Under the pieces are notes generated by a model. It was not told where the DNA came from. It searched no databases and was given only the letters and a program-made list of their open reading frames with translations. A DNA stretch of 64,000 bases from Schmidtea polychroa. Taxonomy: Eukaryota. The stretch covers positions 34,040,001 through 34,104,000 of the forward strand of contig CM097885.1 of the NCBI GenBank assembly GCA_044892525.1, in the 5' to 3' direction. The position numbers were made by a program, and so were the translations under genes. Positions 13,739 through 24,020 of the stretch are shown here, in pieces. How positions within the stretch are numbered: the stretch's first letter is position 1; every line of letters starts with the position of its first letter.

Positions 13739-14474
13739 CAACGATTTAAACAAAATTATATTATTACGTATTCGATAATTAAAACAAAAAAATATATATA
13801 ATCAATGATTTAAACAAAATTATATAATCATCGATAATTAAAACAAAATTATTAATTCTAAAAATATTAGGCATCGTTCTAAAAGTATGACGTAATCATT
13901 CTAAAAATATTAGGCATCATTCTAAAAATATTAGGCATCGATTACGTAATAGTTCTAAAAATATTAGGCATCGTTCTAAAAATATGATGAGTCATTCTAA
14001 AAATATTAGGCATCGTTCTAAAAATAATAGAGATCGTTCTAAAATTATGATGTAATCGTTCTAAAAATATTAGGCATCGTTCTAAAAGTATTAGGCATCG
14101 ATTACGTAATAGTTCTAAAAATATTAGGCATCGTTCTAAAAATGTGATGAGTCATTGTCTTTGTTCTAAAAATGTGATGAGTCATCGTATGATAAAAATC
14201 TATATCTCATTAGAAAGTTCTTGCACAGAGCTTTAAAATAAGCTATCGATCAATATAATATGTTGGTGGGAACAACAATTTTTGGGATGAAAAAAAGTAG
14301 GTCACCGCTGGACCAATTAATAATATTTAGAATTTAGAAAGTTTTGTCTTGAATATATTTACCAGTAGCTTTGTGAGCAGTACCCTTGTGACTTGTTGAG
14401 TGTGAGTAGTACATTTGTGTGCAGTACCCATAGGGGGACAGAATATTTTGTCGGATAGACTCTGTGTATATATG

Positions 14475-14552
<78 letters not shown>

Positions 14553-15555
14553 CTTAGAAAATAATAATATGTAATCAACGATTTAAACAAAATTATATTA
14601 TTACGTATTCTATAATTAAAACAGAAGAATTATATAATCAATGATTTAAACAAATTATATAATCATCGATAATTAAAACAAAATTATTAATTCTAAAAAT
14701 AATAGGCATCGTTCTAAAATTATGACGTAATCATTCTAAAAATATTAGGCATCATTCTAAAAATAATAGACATCGTTCTAAAATTATGACGTAATCATTC
14801 TAAAAATATTAGGCATCATTCTAAAATATTAGACATCGTTCTAAAATTATGACGTAATCATTCTAAAAATATTAGGCATCATTCTAAAATATTAGACATC
14901 ATTCTAAAAATAATAGACATCGTTCTAAAAATATTTGGCATCATTCTAAAATATTAGACATCATTCTAAAAATGTGATGAGTCATTGTCTTTGTTCTAAA
15001 AATGTGATGAGTCATCGTATGATAAAAATCTATATCTCATTAGAAAGTTCTTGCACAGAGCTTTAAAATAAGCTATCGATCAATATAATATGTTGGCGGG
15101 AACAATAATTTTTGGGATGAAAAAAAGTAGGTCCCCGCTGGATCACTTAATAATATTTTGAAAAATAATAATAATTTAACGTTGAAAAGATGGTGGTCAT
15201 CAATTGTTAATAACATTAAAACTATTAAAGTTATATAAGATACCTATAGCTCATTCGAAAGGTCTTGGACTGAGCTTGAAGATGAGGTATCGGTTAATAA
15301 AATTTGTTGGTGGGAACATTACTTTTGGGAAGAAAAAAAGTAGGTCCCCGCTGGATCACTTAATTTAAAAAAAAATTACGTAATAGTTCTAAAAATATTA
15401 GGCATCGTTCTAAAAATATTAGGCATTGATTACGTAATAGTTCTAAAAATATTAGGCATCGTTCTAAAAAAAAAAATAAAATTTTTTCCCGGGGGGGGGA
15501 GGGGGTATATGTGATCTGGAGGGGACATGGTCTGGGGAGCTCACATCCTACTACT

Positions 15556-15594
15556 ATATTGGTCCAATTCCTGGAATTCACTGCTGTTGTTCAT
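15556..15594 (-). pseudogene. N-terminal 13 codons of the MULE transposase (MNNSSEFQELDQY)
   Basis: Joins in frame to HSDEDISDSDTKPVAKK at 3767 once the insertion and one TSD copy are removed. Confidence 0.85.
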
Positions 15595-16437
15595 TTTGTT
15601 TTTAAATTTAATTTAATTCTCTTTGATAATTATTTTATCTACCCTATTAAATATTTTTCGAGTTAATTAAATTAATTTATATGCCAAATTAATAAATCCA
15701 TGAGCACAGCAATTTCTTGATGTCAAATAATTAATTAATTATTACATATTATAAATCCATGGGAATAATCAAGTAATTCATTAGCACAGTAATTTTTTTT
15801 TGAGCACATTTAACAATACCCCTATATATATATATATATATTTATATATTTATAAAGGTGCTAAATTATAAATATTTAATGTTGGTGATAATAATAACAA
15901 GTATTTTATTTTTCAAAAAGTTGCTAGAAATTATTTTAATGTAAATTTTCAAATCATTAATTTGTTTTTCAATTTAATTAAGAATGCTGCAATAGCCGTT
16001 GCTGAAGAAAATGAACCCGAATAATTTGATATTTGGATGGAATTTTCAATCAACATTTTTTTTTTGAAAAATTCATTTTATCATTTGTTTAGTTTGCGAT
16101 AAAATTTCTTTTATTTTGTATAACTTGAATTTGATTTTCTATTGCTATTATTTCCAATAATAAGTGGTTTGTAATTATATATTAGATTTGAAATTTTTGA
16201 AATTTTCTATTTCGAATTATAATTCAATTTCAAATAATAATATTTTTTTCTATAATTTCAACTTATAAAATATGAAGTTTGGTGAAAATCTTTACATTAA
16301 ATATGAAGATATTAATGATACTCAAAATAGTTTTATGATACTTATCGTGAATGAAAGATATCAGGAAATTTGTCTTAGAATAAATTAAGAAAATATTTTA
16401 TTATTTATTGTTAAATTAAATTTCATTAGGTAATTAA

Positions 16438-16699
16438 CCCTTTCGACGAGTTTAGTTTTTATGATGTCACACGTAATGGATTCTTTTTATCTAGCAATCT
16501 TTTTTATATATCTTTGTCTACTGAAATAGACATAAAATAGACTACGTAATACTTAAATACCCAAGACTGTTTATTAAAAATTAGAATGTACACTTTTAAT
16601 ACTAATTTCTTCGAATATGACATTTCAAAATCTAATGAAGTTAGCTGTGCTTCATAAAATTTTTATATAGAAATATAGATTTCAACGGGTATTTAAGGG
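16438..16699. mobile_element. Possible piggyBac-type MITE
   Basis: TTAA-CCCTT...AAGGG-TTAA; shares TAAAATAGACTA with the similar unit at 37636-37840. Confidence 0.4.
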
Positions 16700-16936
16700 T
16701 TAAAAACGAGTTAAATTGCAAGTTAACATGCAATATTTCATGTCAGCTTAAGGTATACAGTTCTAGTCAAGATTGCAGATTGGTTACGGACAAATATGAT
16801 AGTTTAGGATTCATTTACACAAAATAACTCTATTTATTTTTTGCTCAAAACTTCCGACAGAACGCAATCGATCAGTGATTCTCGGTGGGTTCAATTTCTT
16901 CTCTATGGATATGAACGTGTTATCGATAGAGATTTC

Positions 16937-18084
16937 GGACCAACCTGTTTTTTTGACCTATTGGGTCAAAAAACCGGGTTGGATAAAAATTAAATAAAAA
17001 TGATTTTATTGAAATTTTAACAGGGAAAAATACATAATAATTAATTTTTTAATCCCTTTAAAATGGATATCGATATAATAATTAAAATGAATGAAGAACT
17101 CATATATTTTATGAAAGGCAATGGAATGTTAGCGAATGAATTAAAATGCTCTTCTTGCCAAAAAGAAATGATACTAGTAAAGACAAAAGGAAATTATGAT
17201 GGTATGTGTTGGAGATGCCGATTATCTGAATCTAGAAAACGAGATTATTATGTTTCGGTTAGCGAAAATAGTTTTTTTGAGAAGATGAGGATACCTCTCA
17301 AAGAAATTTTAAAATTTCTATTTCATTGGTCGAAAGGGTTGCAAAGTGCTGAAATTTTGAAGTTTGTGAAAATTAAAGAAGATTCAATGCGAAAGCTAAG
17401 ACGATTGCTTATTTTTGCAATCAAAAATCATAACAAAGCGCATCCTTTTCTATTAGGAGTTCCAGGAAAGTTCGTGCTGGTAGATGAATCACAAGGTGAA
17501 GGCACACAGAGGAAGAGCTCCAAAAAAACAAATTTGGTCATTGGGTTGATTGCGCTTTTTCACTAGCAAAAGGCTACACGTGCCTTATTCCTGATAAGAA
17601 AGCTGAAATTATAATACCAATTATATGTGAGAAAAGGTTCAATTATCTATACAGACGAGGCAAAAATCGATAGCAAAACAGATAAAGGGCATCTTATGAA
17701 CACAAATCAATTGTTCATAAATATAAATTCGTGGATTATAAAAATGGAGTTCACACCCAGAACATCGAAAGTTACAATAACAAAAGAAAGCTAAAGATAA
17801 AATAAATGCGGGGTATAAAAGAAAATTGCTGAGAAGATTTTCTTGTGGAGTTTATATGATTGGATAATAACAAAAATGATTGTTTTGAAAAAACATTACA
17901 TTTGATTAAAAAGTTCTAAGTTATTAATTTGTTATGTTATTAATGTTTAAAAGATATTTTCTGATTTTATAATATTGTGATTTTATTTAAAACAATAATA
18001 TAAGTTATAATTTATTTATAAAAAAAATTTCTGGGTCAAAAAATTGGGATGATATCGAAACGGGTCAAAAAATCGAGATGATCC
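16937..18084 (+). mobile_element. Merlin (IS1016/IS1595-like) DNA transposon
   Basis: GG...CC termini, imperfect ~22-bp TIRs with repeated TTTTTTGACC motif, exact 8-bp TSD GAGATTTC at 16929-16936 and 18085-18092. Confidence 0.92.
17063..17919 (+). pseudogene. Merlin/ISXO2-like transposase, frameshifted
   Basis: CxxC...WRC zinc ribbon, SFF, VLVDES, GSIIYTDE, VHKYKFVD..GVHTQNIES. Confidence 0.88.
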
Positions 18085-18205
18085 GAGATTTCTTTCAAAT
18101 TAGTAGTTTTGACAACAATAGCGAGTCAATGACAATCAAAATAGTTGTAAAAGCAAATTCGTGTAAAAAATTAGTGTGTAAATCGGAAGATGGGTATATG
18201 TAAAT

Positions 18206-19349
18206 TGCTGAGGATGCCTAAACAATAAATTTATGAATAAATAAAATTACTTGGGGGAAAATCGTCATGACAAACGGGACGGTCTATGGGAACTCGGAGA
18301 AGGAAACAAAAGTAAAAAGAAATAGAAAATGAAAAAAAGAAACCGAACAAAAGAAAACAAACAAGAAAGCAAAACAAAGGTCATTAATAATTAATTAGTA
18401 CAAAGTAGAAAAGGAATTTCAAATATCAAAAACAGAACAAGAGGAAAAATGAATATCTTGACAGCTTGTCAAAGATATCGGATTTGCTGAGAGAAGTCGG
18501 CCTTACAAAAAAGGGAGAAAGCAAAACATACCTCGACATCTGTCAAAGATAAAATGAGAATAGTCGAGAACTGCAGGAGAAAGAGAAGTGGGAAGCATTT
18601 GATTAGCTCTAGCTCCACAAATGAAACGAGCTATATAAAGAGGAACTGTTGGCCGAGAAATCAGACAAAAACCGAGACACAAACATCAGGTACAATATTA
18701 AAGGAAAATTTATTGAAAACGAAACGGGAAACGAGGCAAGAGTCTACAGAAAAAGGAAATAAAACTAACAGAGAAATTTATAGACGTCATTGAGACGAGT
18801 ATTTATTGGAAAACGATTTTATTGGAGAATATGCGATAAATGTGATATTGTTCGATAATATAAGCATTTACAATATTTGCAAAGTCCAGTAAAACATGGC
18901 TTGGATTAAGTGACACAATTTAGAAAGAAAAAGATGAATGAGAAGGACATAATTCAAACAAAACGCAAAAGCGAAAACAAAGAGAATTAAGAAATTATCG
19001 GAGAAAACATTGTGAAATTGGAAAAGAAATCCAAAATAAATTTATTAATTATTAATCGCGAGTTCAAAATAATTTCAAGTTAAGGCCTGGAAATCATACA
19101 GACCGATACTACCGATTGTTGAAATCAGAAGCCTTTGTCAAGTGATAGCGAATTACAACTACCGAATGGTTGCAATCAGCACTCAAAGTCACTGTTTTAA
19201 TGTCAAACCATTGTGTCATTGTAAATTGGTAATCATTTGTGCTGCTCGTAAAAAAGTTTATATTGTTTGGAATTCGTTATTGTTATCAAATAAAGAGTCA
19301 GCTTTGGAGTCAGATCAATAATTGTTTGATTTCACCGACAATCTCAACA
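18206..19349 (+). mobile_element. Probable solo LTR, same family as 31445-32392
   Basis: TGCTGAGGA...TCTCAACA ends; homologous 5' (CATGACAAA.GGGAC..TCTATGGGAACTC) and 3' (GCTTTGGAGTCAGA) blocks; no matching TSD. Confidence 0.7.
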
Positions 19350-19770
19350 TATTTAAAAAATTCAAAAATGAGTTAGACACAATTTTTACCGAAATATATT
19401 ACACATAAATGTTACTTTACAAATTAGAAATGATAAAATTATTCAAAAACTTGCTTAATCTGACGTCGATCTGACTTTTGTTGGAATAGGTTCTCAGTTA
19501 CACACTCCTTATTGTAAGGGTTTATTGGAATTTAGAAGCATCGGATAAAAACGTCATCAACCTACGCGAGTGGTTGATTCGGAACCGGTATATATATTTA
19601 TTTATTTTTAAATTTATTCCCACAGTTTGTATTGAATTTTTCTAATAAATTCATCTGAAATTAATATTTTAAAAGTAATATTTACTGCACTAATACCTCT
19701 TTCTTAAAAGAGGATTTGCGATGAAAGGTAAAAATAGAAAGGTCGTAAACAAAATGTTCGTATAGCATTA

Positions 19771-22064
19771 CACCTATCCCCCGATTTACACGGTACTTGT
19801 TTTACACGTTTTCGCTTTTACACGGTTTTTCAAATAAGTTTTTTTGTTTTTATCGCACTCTACTAAATGCTACTGTGTTTGAACACGTGCGCTGTGTACA
19901 CATCTCACGGGGAATCCCGAGCTTATGTGCTGACTTGCTGCACATGCACACTGTGTCTGTATTTCTTCGCATAAAATTAAAGTTTTAAAGTTTAAAGTGA
20001 GTGTATAATTTAGATTACATATTATAAATTAACATAAATTAAAAAAAATTATAGGCTTATAATGTCGAAAGAAGTTAAAAGAAAAGTTATTTCTTTAGAA
20101 ACTAAAATCGAAATTTTGGATCGCTTACGAAAGGGAGATAGAGTAGTAGATGTTGCAAAATCATATAGCATGAACGAAGCTACAATAAGAACTATTAGAA
20201 CAAATGAAAATACAATTAGAAAGAGTGTTGCAGCTGGAAATACCACGAGTATTGGCACAACATCATACACCAGAAATATCGCAATGGAAAAAATGCTTTT
20301 TTGGATAGAAGATCAAACACAAAAAAGAGTACCCATTGATACGGCCGCTATAACAAATAAAGCAGTACGAATTTATGAAAAAATTGTAGAGCAATTACCA
20401 TCTTCTTCTTCAACTGAAAAGAAGCCAAATTTTTTGGCAAATCATGGCTGGTTTGAAAGATTTAAAATAAGACATTTTTTACACAGCTTAAAATTAAAAG
20501 GTGAACTGGCTTCTGGCGACGTAGATGCAGCCCATGAATATCCAGCAAATTTTGGAGAAATTATTAACGACAATTCATACACCCCTGATCAGGTTTCAAT
20601 GCTGATGAGTCAGGGTTATTCTGGAAAAAAATGCCTGAAAGGACTTATGTCTCAAAATTTTATAAATCAGCTAGTGGTCATAAAGCAGCAAAAGATCGCA
20701 TAACAGTTCTTTTCTGTAGCAATGCTTCAGGAGATTATATTATAAAACCATTAATGATTAACAAATCAAAAATGACCGTGCCTTTAAAGGAGTAAACATC
20801 AAAAATCTTCCCGTTTATTGGAGGGCTAATAAGAAAGCGTGGGTTACTGCTGCAATGTTTACTGAATGGTTTCATGAATGTTTTATCCCAGATGCCAAAA
20901 AATATTTAGGTTCAAAGGGATTGCCTTTTAAAGTGCTTTTGTTAATTGACAATGCGCCGGGTCACCCACAAGATCTAGAATATGAGAACGTTGAAGTAAA
21001 ATTTTTACCAAAAAATACAACTTCATTATTACAACCATTGGACCAAGGCATAATTTCTACATAAAACGAGCCTTTACATATATTTTGGAACAAATGGAGA
21101 AAAATGAATCTTTAACAGTTATTAGTGCTTGGAAAGATTTTACAATATTAGACTGTGTGAAGCATATCGCCTTATCATACACTGCGATTAAGCAAACAAC
21201 GCTCAATAGCTGTTGGAAAAAATTGTGGCCAAATGTAGTCAAAAATGAACATTCCATTTCAAGGTTAAATGATGAATATTCGCAGATAGTACAGATGGCG
21301 CATTCATTGGGCGGAGAAGGTTTTGATGATTTTACTGATGATGATATCGCAGAGTTAATGGCTGATAAAGAACTAAGTGAGGATGATTTAGTTAACTTAG
21401 TTTGCGAAAGTGAGTCTGAAAAATCTGATGAAGAGGAATTAGTACCAGTAACATTCACTGCTAAAGTCATCCGCGAAGGACTCGCATTGGGAAGAAAGCT
21501 GGGTAATCATTTTATACAAAATGACACAAACGTAGAAAGGGCTTTACGATTCCAACGTGACATAAATCGCTGCTTGGCTCAATATGGAGAAGTTTACAAA
21601 GATCTTACAAAAAATTCGAAGCAATTGTTAATAACCGATTTTATTACCACCTCTCAGAATGTAAATATTTCTGCTTCAAACATCGAATCGGCACAAATAA
21701 CTTCGAGTGATGAAAATGAATTCCAACCTTCGATTCCGAAAAAGAGAATGAGAGTAATTTCTGATAGTGATGAAGGATAATAAAACACCATTGGTTTTAT
21801 TTTTTGTTCTTCTGTTTAATGTATTGTAATTAAATAAAAAACAGTGTTTCCATAATATATTACATATTTTAACCTGTCAATGCATTTTATTTTTATGTCT
21901 GTGTACACCTAAAAATATTGAAAAAAATCACAACTGTTAAATAGCAAAATTATGCATTTTCTGCAAGCTTTTCGATTTACACGGTTTTGACTTGAAAATT
22001 TTTAATTTTCGATGTACACGTTTTTCTCAGGAACGTATCTACCGTGTAAATCGGGGGATAGGTG
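19771..22064 (+). mobile_element. pogo/Tigger DNA transposon, full length
   Basis: Perfect 25-bp TIRs CACCTATCCCCCGATTTACACGGTA, TA on both flanks, subterminal TTTACACG repeats. Confidence 0.96.
20062..21780 (+). pseudogene. Tigger-type transposase (CENP-B-like HTH plus DDE_1), split by frameshifts
   Basis: [26 protein letters not shown] and [17 protein letters not shown] spread over three ORFs. Confidence 0.93.
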
Positions 22065-22517
22065 TATTAAGAATTTATTTTTTAATTAGAATTGTCGAGA
22101 CAAACTGTCAATGGTAATTTCTGTTAGATATCTTACATTCTTTTTATTATATACCAGAGGAAGTAAATTATATATCTGTCGGAAATTAGTTTCGTTATAC
22201 ATGAATATTGTCGGCAGAGAATTATTTAAACGAGGGGTTTCAAAACTATTTATTGAGATTAATTTTATGAGAAAAAATCAAGGGTTAAACATGTTTCTCG
22301 ATTCAGCAGGATCCTATATTCGATGATTAACTCATATCCTTCAATTTTATTTCCTCTTTCCTACTCGGCTTCCAATTTCCAAAACTGCGGATATCTTCAT
22401 AAAAGATACTTTTATTTAAATGAATTTATTAAAATAAATATAAATAAATATTAGTTTATTTACAAAGTAATGTTGTTTACATTCAAATCAAAAAATATAT
22501 TACAAAATATAATGTAT

Positions 22518-23834
22518 TTATAATGTCAATTTATCATTACTAATTATTCGAGATCTCTCTTTCATGCTGCAAGTCACGGACGTCACACCTTTCTGACAAT
22601 AAGGTTCTGAAAATTTCCCCACTTGACTAACGCAAGCAGGACAGGTGCTAGTATTTTTCACCGTGAGTCCCATAGGATAAAAATTTAGATTTTCTGTTGG
22701 AATATATTCAACATGAAATATAGTTCTAGTAAAATCATTGAAAACTCTCCTGATAGATTCCCGAATAGGATCATTCATCCATCCGTACAGTAACGGATTA
22801 ATGCAAGCCGAAAACAATGCTACTAATTTTAAGATAAGATCAACGAGAATAGTATGAGGACCAAGGAGCAAATTTGGTTCTTTAAAAATTGGAATATATT
22901 TACAGCTTGACGTATTTTGAGACATATTGGCATTAATAGCTTCATTGAAATCTGCGCTGGATATTTTCAAAAAAGCTATTATTTCTAAAATCAAAGAAAA
23001 TAAACACCATGGAGACCAACACATTCCAAAGCATATTACAACTCCGGCAAGTAATCTATTAGTTCTTTCTTTTCGTTCAATATCCCGCTTCATCGATGTT
23101 CTTCTTTGCAAACAACAATAAATCTTCCTATAAAGAATACCTGATACTAGAAGAGGAATGAAAAATTGTCCAAAAAATGTAAAAATCGAATAAATTAATC
23201 GAAGGTTTTTATTAGGCCACTTTTCCATGCAATAAATAAAAGATGCCGATTTTGAGACAGGACTATTTTGTGTAAACATTGCAACAGGTATAATACTTAT
23301 ACTACTGTAGGAGAACACCAGTAAAATCTCGCAAAATGCTCTTCTTTTTGTAATTCTCTTTTTGAATGGATAAAGAATCACTTTGTACCTATCAATTGAT
23401 ATTAGCATAATAAGTAAACTACTCACATAAATAGGAACTCCGAAACAGCTGAAAAGAAATTTACAGGCCCAATCAGGAATCTTTTTCAAACGATTCAAAA
23501 CATAAAATATCTGAATCGGACTGTTGATACCACAAAGAATAATATCCGACAATGTTAAACTCAGTACAAACAAATTGGTGACATTCGAAAGAACTCTACA
23601 TCGACAAAGAGCAACAAAAACAATCACATTTATTAAAAGACCAATTAAAGTCACCAAAGAATACGCAAAGATCATAAAATATTGCACCCAATTAAGTCTA
23701 TAAGACGCATATTCAGGGCGATTGAAAATTTCCAAGATTTTCATTTGAAAAATTGATTGTCCGGAATGAAAATTTGATAAATTGGATCCGCAAATGTTGA
23801 ATTTGCAACAAACATATTTATTGAAACCCTCCAT
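22518..23834 (-). CDS. Rhodopsin-family neuropeptide GPCR, NPY/NPF-receptor-like, single exon, 438 aa
   Basis: Seven hydrophobic segments; VTNLFVLSLTLSD, SIDRY, CMEKWP, CWSP and NPLLYGWMN motifs; uninterrupted ORF. Confidence 0.93.
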   Translation of the reverse strand: MEGFNKYVCCKFNICGSNLSNFHSGQSIFQMKILEIFNRPEYASYRLNWVQYFMIFAYSLVTLIGLLINVIVFVALCRCRVLSNVTNLFVLSLTLSDIILCGINSPIQIFYVLNRLKKIPDWACKFLFSCFGVPIYVSSLLIMLISIDRYKVILYPFKKRITKRRAFCEILLVFSYSSISIIPVAMFTQNSPVSKSASFIYCMEKWPNKNLRLIYSIFTFFGQFFIPLLVSGILYRKIYCCLQRRTSMKRDIERKERTNRLLAGVVICFGMCWSPWCLFSLILEIIAFLKISSADFNEAINANMSQNTSSCKYIPIFKEPNLLLGPHTILVDLILKLVALFSACINPLLYGWMNDPIRESIRRVFNDFTRTIFHVEYIPTENLNFYPMGLTVKNTSTCPACVSQVGKFSEPYCQKGVTSVTCSMKERSRIISNDKLTL

Positions 23835-24020
23835 ATTTTTTTAGTCTGTTATAATTATTAAATCTGAATATTTTGTTAAAAAATCTGAATATTTTCCTCT
23901 AACTTTCATTGGCTGATATTGAAAATTGAAAATTTTAATTTATGACAGTAATTAAACTGCAAATTTTCGAAGCGCTAATTTTCATTTTTCCATTATCTCA
24001 TATTACTTTCTTGTTTTGAT

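Larger units (their letters stand above)
3774..15555. mobile_element. Non-autonomous Polinton/Maverick-like giant fold-back element
   Basis: Termini AGTAGTAGGATGTGAGC...GCTCACATCCTACTACT; 6-bp TSD ATATTG at 3768-3773 and 15556-15561; arms 3774-9419 and 9613-15555 are reverse complements; no ORF above ~100 aa. The insertion is well supported; the Polinton assignment rests on termini and TSD only. Confidence 0.82.
1469..15822 (-). mobile_element. Mutator-like (MULE) DNA transposon inserted in (TA)n and interrupted by the giant palindromic element
   Basis: Imperfect TIRs: GGGTGGTTATTAACTGTGCACA on the left vs GGGGTATTGTTAAATGTGCTCA (reverse complement of the right end). Subterminal TGTGC(A/T)CA-like repeats at both ends, TA repeats on both flanks, MULE transposase relic inside. 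Confidence 0.82.

Noticed and set aside
3774..15555. Palindrome as a sequencing or assembly fold-back artefact
   Set aside because: The arms differ by substitutions, microsatellite lengths and arm-specific blocks; an exact TSD is present; and the interrupted MULE ORF resumes in frame. Read-level confirmation is still desirable.
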